Below, piece by piece: positions 62,138-64,000 of a DNA stretch of 64,000 nucleotides. The stretch is taken from assembly GCA_002082305.1 (NCBI GenBank), contig LSNO01000003.1:147-64146 (forward strand), written 5' to 3'. The notes beneath the pieces were generated by a model. It was not told the DNA's origin. It saw only the letters and a list, made by a program, of their open reading frames with translations, and did no database searches. Numbering within the stretch: the stretch's first letter is position 1; the number at the start of each line of letters is the position of its first letter. The position numbers and the translations under genes were made by a program. The stretch is from SAR324 cluster bacterium SAR324-CTD7B (GTDB taxonomy: Bacteria > SAR324 > NAC60-12).

Positions 62138-64000
62138 GTGAAATCAAAGACAAAATTCTCCAAAAAACTACTTCCCACCCTAAACGGTACCGGACAGGGC
62201 TATTTTACCCAGCCGACAATTTCAAACAAACAGATTATCTTTGTCTGTGAAAACGATTTATGGCAAGTACCTCTGGAAGGCGGGCGAGCCCAAAGATTGA
62301 CCAGTTCCCGCAGTGAAACACATTCACCAGTCTATTCTCCAAACGGTCAGTGGATAGCCTGCTGCACAATGGAAGAAGGAGAGCATGACGTTTATTTGAT
62401 GGAGTCCAGTGGAGGACCGCTTCAGCGTTTAACCTGGTTAAACAGTGTGACGCATATCGTGAGCTGGTCTCATGACGGACAATATATCTGGTTTCGCAGC
62501 ACTCACCAGGCTGTACATAGTCGAGGCAGTGACGCATGGATTTTCCGGGTTTCAATCAATGGTGGTCCGGTTGAGCGTCTGCCGTATGGTCCGGCAATGA
62601 CTGTGGATTTACAGGTGAACGGTAAAAAGGGAGTTGTCCTGGGTCGCAACACGCTGAGTAATTCCCGCTGGAAACGGTATCGCGGTGGAATGGCTGGAGA
62701 AATCTGGGTTGATAAAAATAATTCAGGAAATTTTAAACGCCTTTTCCGTGATCTTCAGGGAAATCCAGTGAGTCCGTTTTGGTTAAGAGAACGACTGTGG
62801 TTCGTCTCAGATCACGAGGGTGTCGGTAATCTTTTTTCCTGCACTCCTGAGGGAGGGAGACTTCGTCAGGAAACTTTTCAAAAAGAGTACTATGTACGAT
62901 TCCCTGCAACAGATGGTAAGGCACTAATTTATCATGTTGGCGGAGAATTATGGACACTTGATCCGGAAGAAAATTCCGGACCTGAAAGAGAGACTCAAAT
63001 TCCGATTGGCTGGCATTCGACAAAAACCCGTTTGCAGCGACGATTTTTTTATGGTGATGAATACTGGGAAGAAACCATGATTCATCCGCAAGGTCACGAA
63101 GTAGCACTGACTGCTCGTGGGAAATTGTTTTCAATGCCGTTTTGGGAACAGGCTGTGCGTCAGCACGGGATTCGTGACGGAGTTCGGTACAGGATGCCTT
63201 GCTGGCTGCCGAACGGTAAACTGGCAGCAATTTCAGATGCTCCGTTGAAAAAAAATAAAACAAAAAAACTTTCTGCAATGGAGGAGCAACTCGATGTATT
63301 TGGCTCAACTCCGACTGAGTTTCCTGACTGCTCACACCGTCTGCCTCCCGGACGCATGCAGGAAATTGCTGTCTCTCCGAGATTTCAGCATCTGGCGCTG
63401 ACAACCAGCCGGATGGAACTGTTTTTAATCAACGCGGAAACAGGACGAATCAGCAAACTTGATGACTCGAAAATCCGGGAAATTAGTGATCCGGTTTTTT
63501 CACCGGATGGAAGATGGCTGGCATACACCAAACATTTGAGTTTGGAGTTAACGGCTATTTTTTTGCTGGATCTTAAACCGTCGGCAAACGGTAAACGTAT
63601 CAAAGCTAAAGATCCAGTCCAAATTACCCAACCTGTACGTTACGATTTCAGTCCGGCTTTTGATCCTGAAGGACGCTGGCTCTATTTTCTTTCTTCCAGA
63701 ATATACAATCCAATTTGGGACACAGTGCAAACAGGCACCTCATTTTCACGTTCAATGAAACCGTATCTGTTGACACTGAAAAAAGATTCTCCAAACCCTT
63801 TTGAAGCATTACCTCATGCGCCTGGAGGGCAGGAAACAGGTGGAACCCCTGCTGGTGATTCCAGTCACGAAACTCAGGATTCAAATAATTCAACAACTAA
63901 ACAATCCAAAGATTCAAAAAAAGTTGCTCTTGAAATTGATTTAGACGGTATCGCGGAAAGAATAGTCGAATTTCCAGTTTCTGAAGGTGTTTACAAACAG
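62138..64000 (+). CDS. Tricorn protease homologue, 3'-partial (runs off the window); absent from the supplied ORF track
   Basis: Translated by hand in the frame of 62138, with no stop to nt 64000 (621 codons). ...GYFTQPTISNKQIIFVCENDLWQVPLEGGRAQRLTSSRSETHSPVYSPNGQWIA...DVYLMESSGGPLQRLTW...RWKRYRGGMAGEIWVD...FSPDGRWLAY matches the tricorn N-terminal propellers. The only canonical start after the upstream stop (62087) is GTG at 62138. Confidence 0.85.
   Translation, partial: MKSKTKFSKKLLPTLNGTGQGYFTQPTISNKQIIFVCENDLWQVPLEGGRAQRLTSSRSETHSPVYSPNGQWIACCTMEEGEHDVYLMESSGGPLQRLTWLNSVTHIVSWSHDGQYIWFRSTHQAVHSRGSDAWIFRVSINGGPVERLPYGPAMTVDLQVNGKKGVVLGRNTLSNSRWKRYRGGMAGEIWVDKNNSGNFKRLFRDLQGNPVSPFWLRERLWFVSDHEGVGNLFSCTPEGGRLRQETFQKEYYVRFPATDGKALIYHVGGELWTLDPEENSGPERETQIPIGWHSTKTRLQRRFFYGDEYWEETMIHPQGHEVALTARGKLFSMPFWEQAVRQHGIRDGVRYRMPCWLPNGKLAAISDAPLKKNKTKKLSAMEEQLDVFGSTPTEFPDCSHRLPPGRMQEIAVSPRFQHLALTTSRMELFLINAETGRISKLDDSKIREISDPVFSPDGRWLAYTKHLSLELTAIFLLDLKPSANGKRIKAKDPVQITQPVRYDFSPAFDPEGRWLYFLSSRIYNPIWDTVQTGTSFSRSMKPYLLTLKKDSPNPFEALPHAPGGQETGGTPAGDSSHETQDSNNSTTKQSKDSKKVALEIDLDGIAERIVEFPVSEGVYKQ

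Noticed and set aside
62235-63896. Minus-strand ORFs 62235..62555, 62733..63404, 63160..63357, 63385..63603, 63548..63730 and 63648..63896 as genes.
   Set aside because: All lie antisense to a continuous plus-strand frame that encodes clear tricorn-protease sequence. Their translations have no recognisable motifs.
1-64000. I looked for CRISPR arrays, tRNA/rRNA/tmRNA genes, transposases, integrases, phage genes, toxin-antitoxin pairs, reverse transcriptases and known defence-system signature genes.
   Set aside because: Reading both strands, I found no regularly spaced direct repeats, no tRNA-like T-arm (GGTTCGAATCC-type) sequences and no recognisable mobile-element or defence protein motifs. 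The only nuclease is the small HNH at 23283..23591. A proper tRNAscan/Infernal/HMM scan is still needed to confirm absence.

Overview
This 64 kb window looks like core chromosome from a moderately AT-rich diderm (Gram-negative-type) bacterium. I cannot assign a taxon from the sequence alone. It is densely coding, with about 57 genes, mostly housekeeping.

Gene content, in order:
- A Tol-Pal cluster in an unusual order (tolA-tolB-cpoB-like-pal-tolQ-tolR).
- tatA, an orphan FliN/SpoA-domain gene, hemL, lon, an R3H protein plus Mini-RNase III, carB and PBP1a (mrcA), and HU.
- A second TolA/TonB-like plus TolB-like pair, translationally coupled to a small HNH nuclease.
- marC, two paralogous LysM proteins (one carrying an Amidase_3 domain), a LeuA/CimA-family synthase, a NadD-like::PncC-like fusion, trpD, and a rhodanese::NfuA-like fusion.
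- A minus-strand run of rpsD-alaS-lolC/E-like-ferredoxin-rpmF-plsX.
- An Opp/Dpp-type ABC peptide transporter, followed by a 1097-aa BNR/Asp-box (sortilin/VPS10-like) protein, an MFS transporter and two amidohydrolases.
- DUF3127, a DAHP synthase, a UMF1-type MFS transporter, and an orphan GspL-like protein.
- A tricorn-protease homologue that runs off the 3' edge. It is missing from the supplied ORF track because it has no stop codon in the window.

I recognised no rRNA, tRNA, CRISPR array, transposase, integrase, phage genes or canonical defence genes. I do not see a clear-cut novel system.

The observations most worth a second look are:
1. pal is split by a 1-nt frameshift at the edge of a (CCG)n proline-rich tandem repeat.
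2. The second TolA/TolB-like module is coupled to an HNH nuclease.
3. An ~80-bp palindromic intergenic repeat occurs four times. One copy has a MITE-like outer structure.
4. The NadD-like::PncC-like fusion.
5. The peptide-uptake and hydrolysis locus built around the large BNR protein.
6. Two unusually long ORF-free gaps (5710-6314 and 24156-24611).

All functional calls come from motif recognition by eye. No database search was possible.
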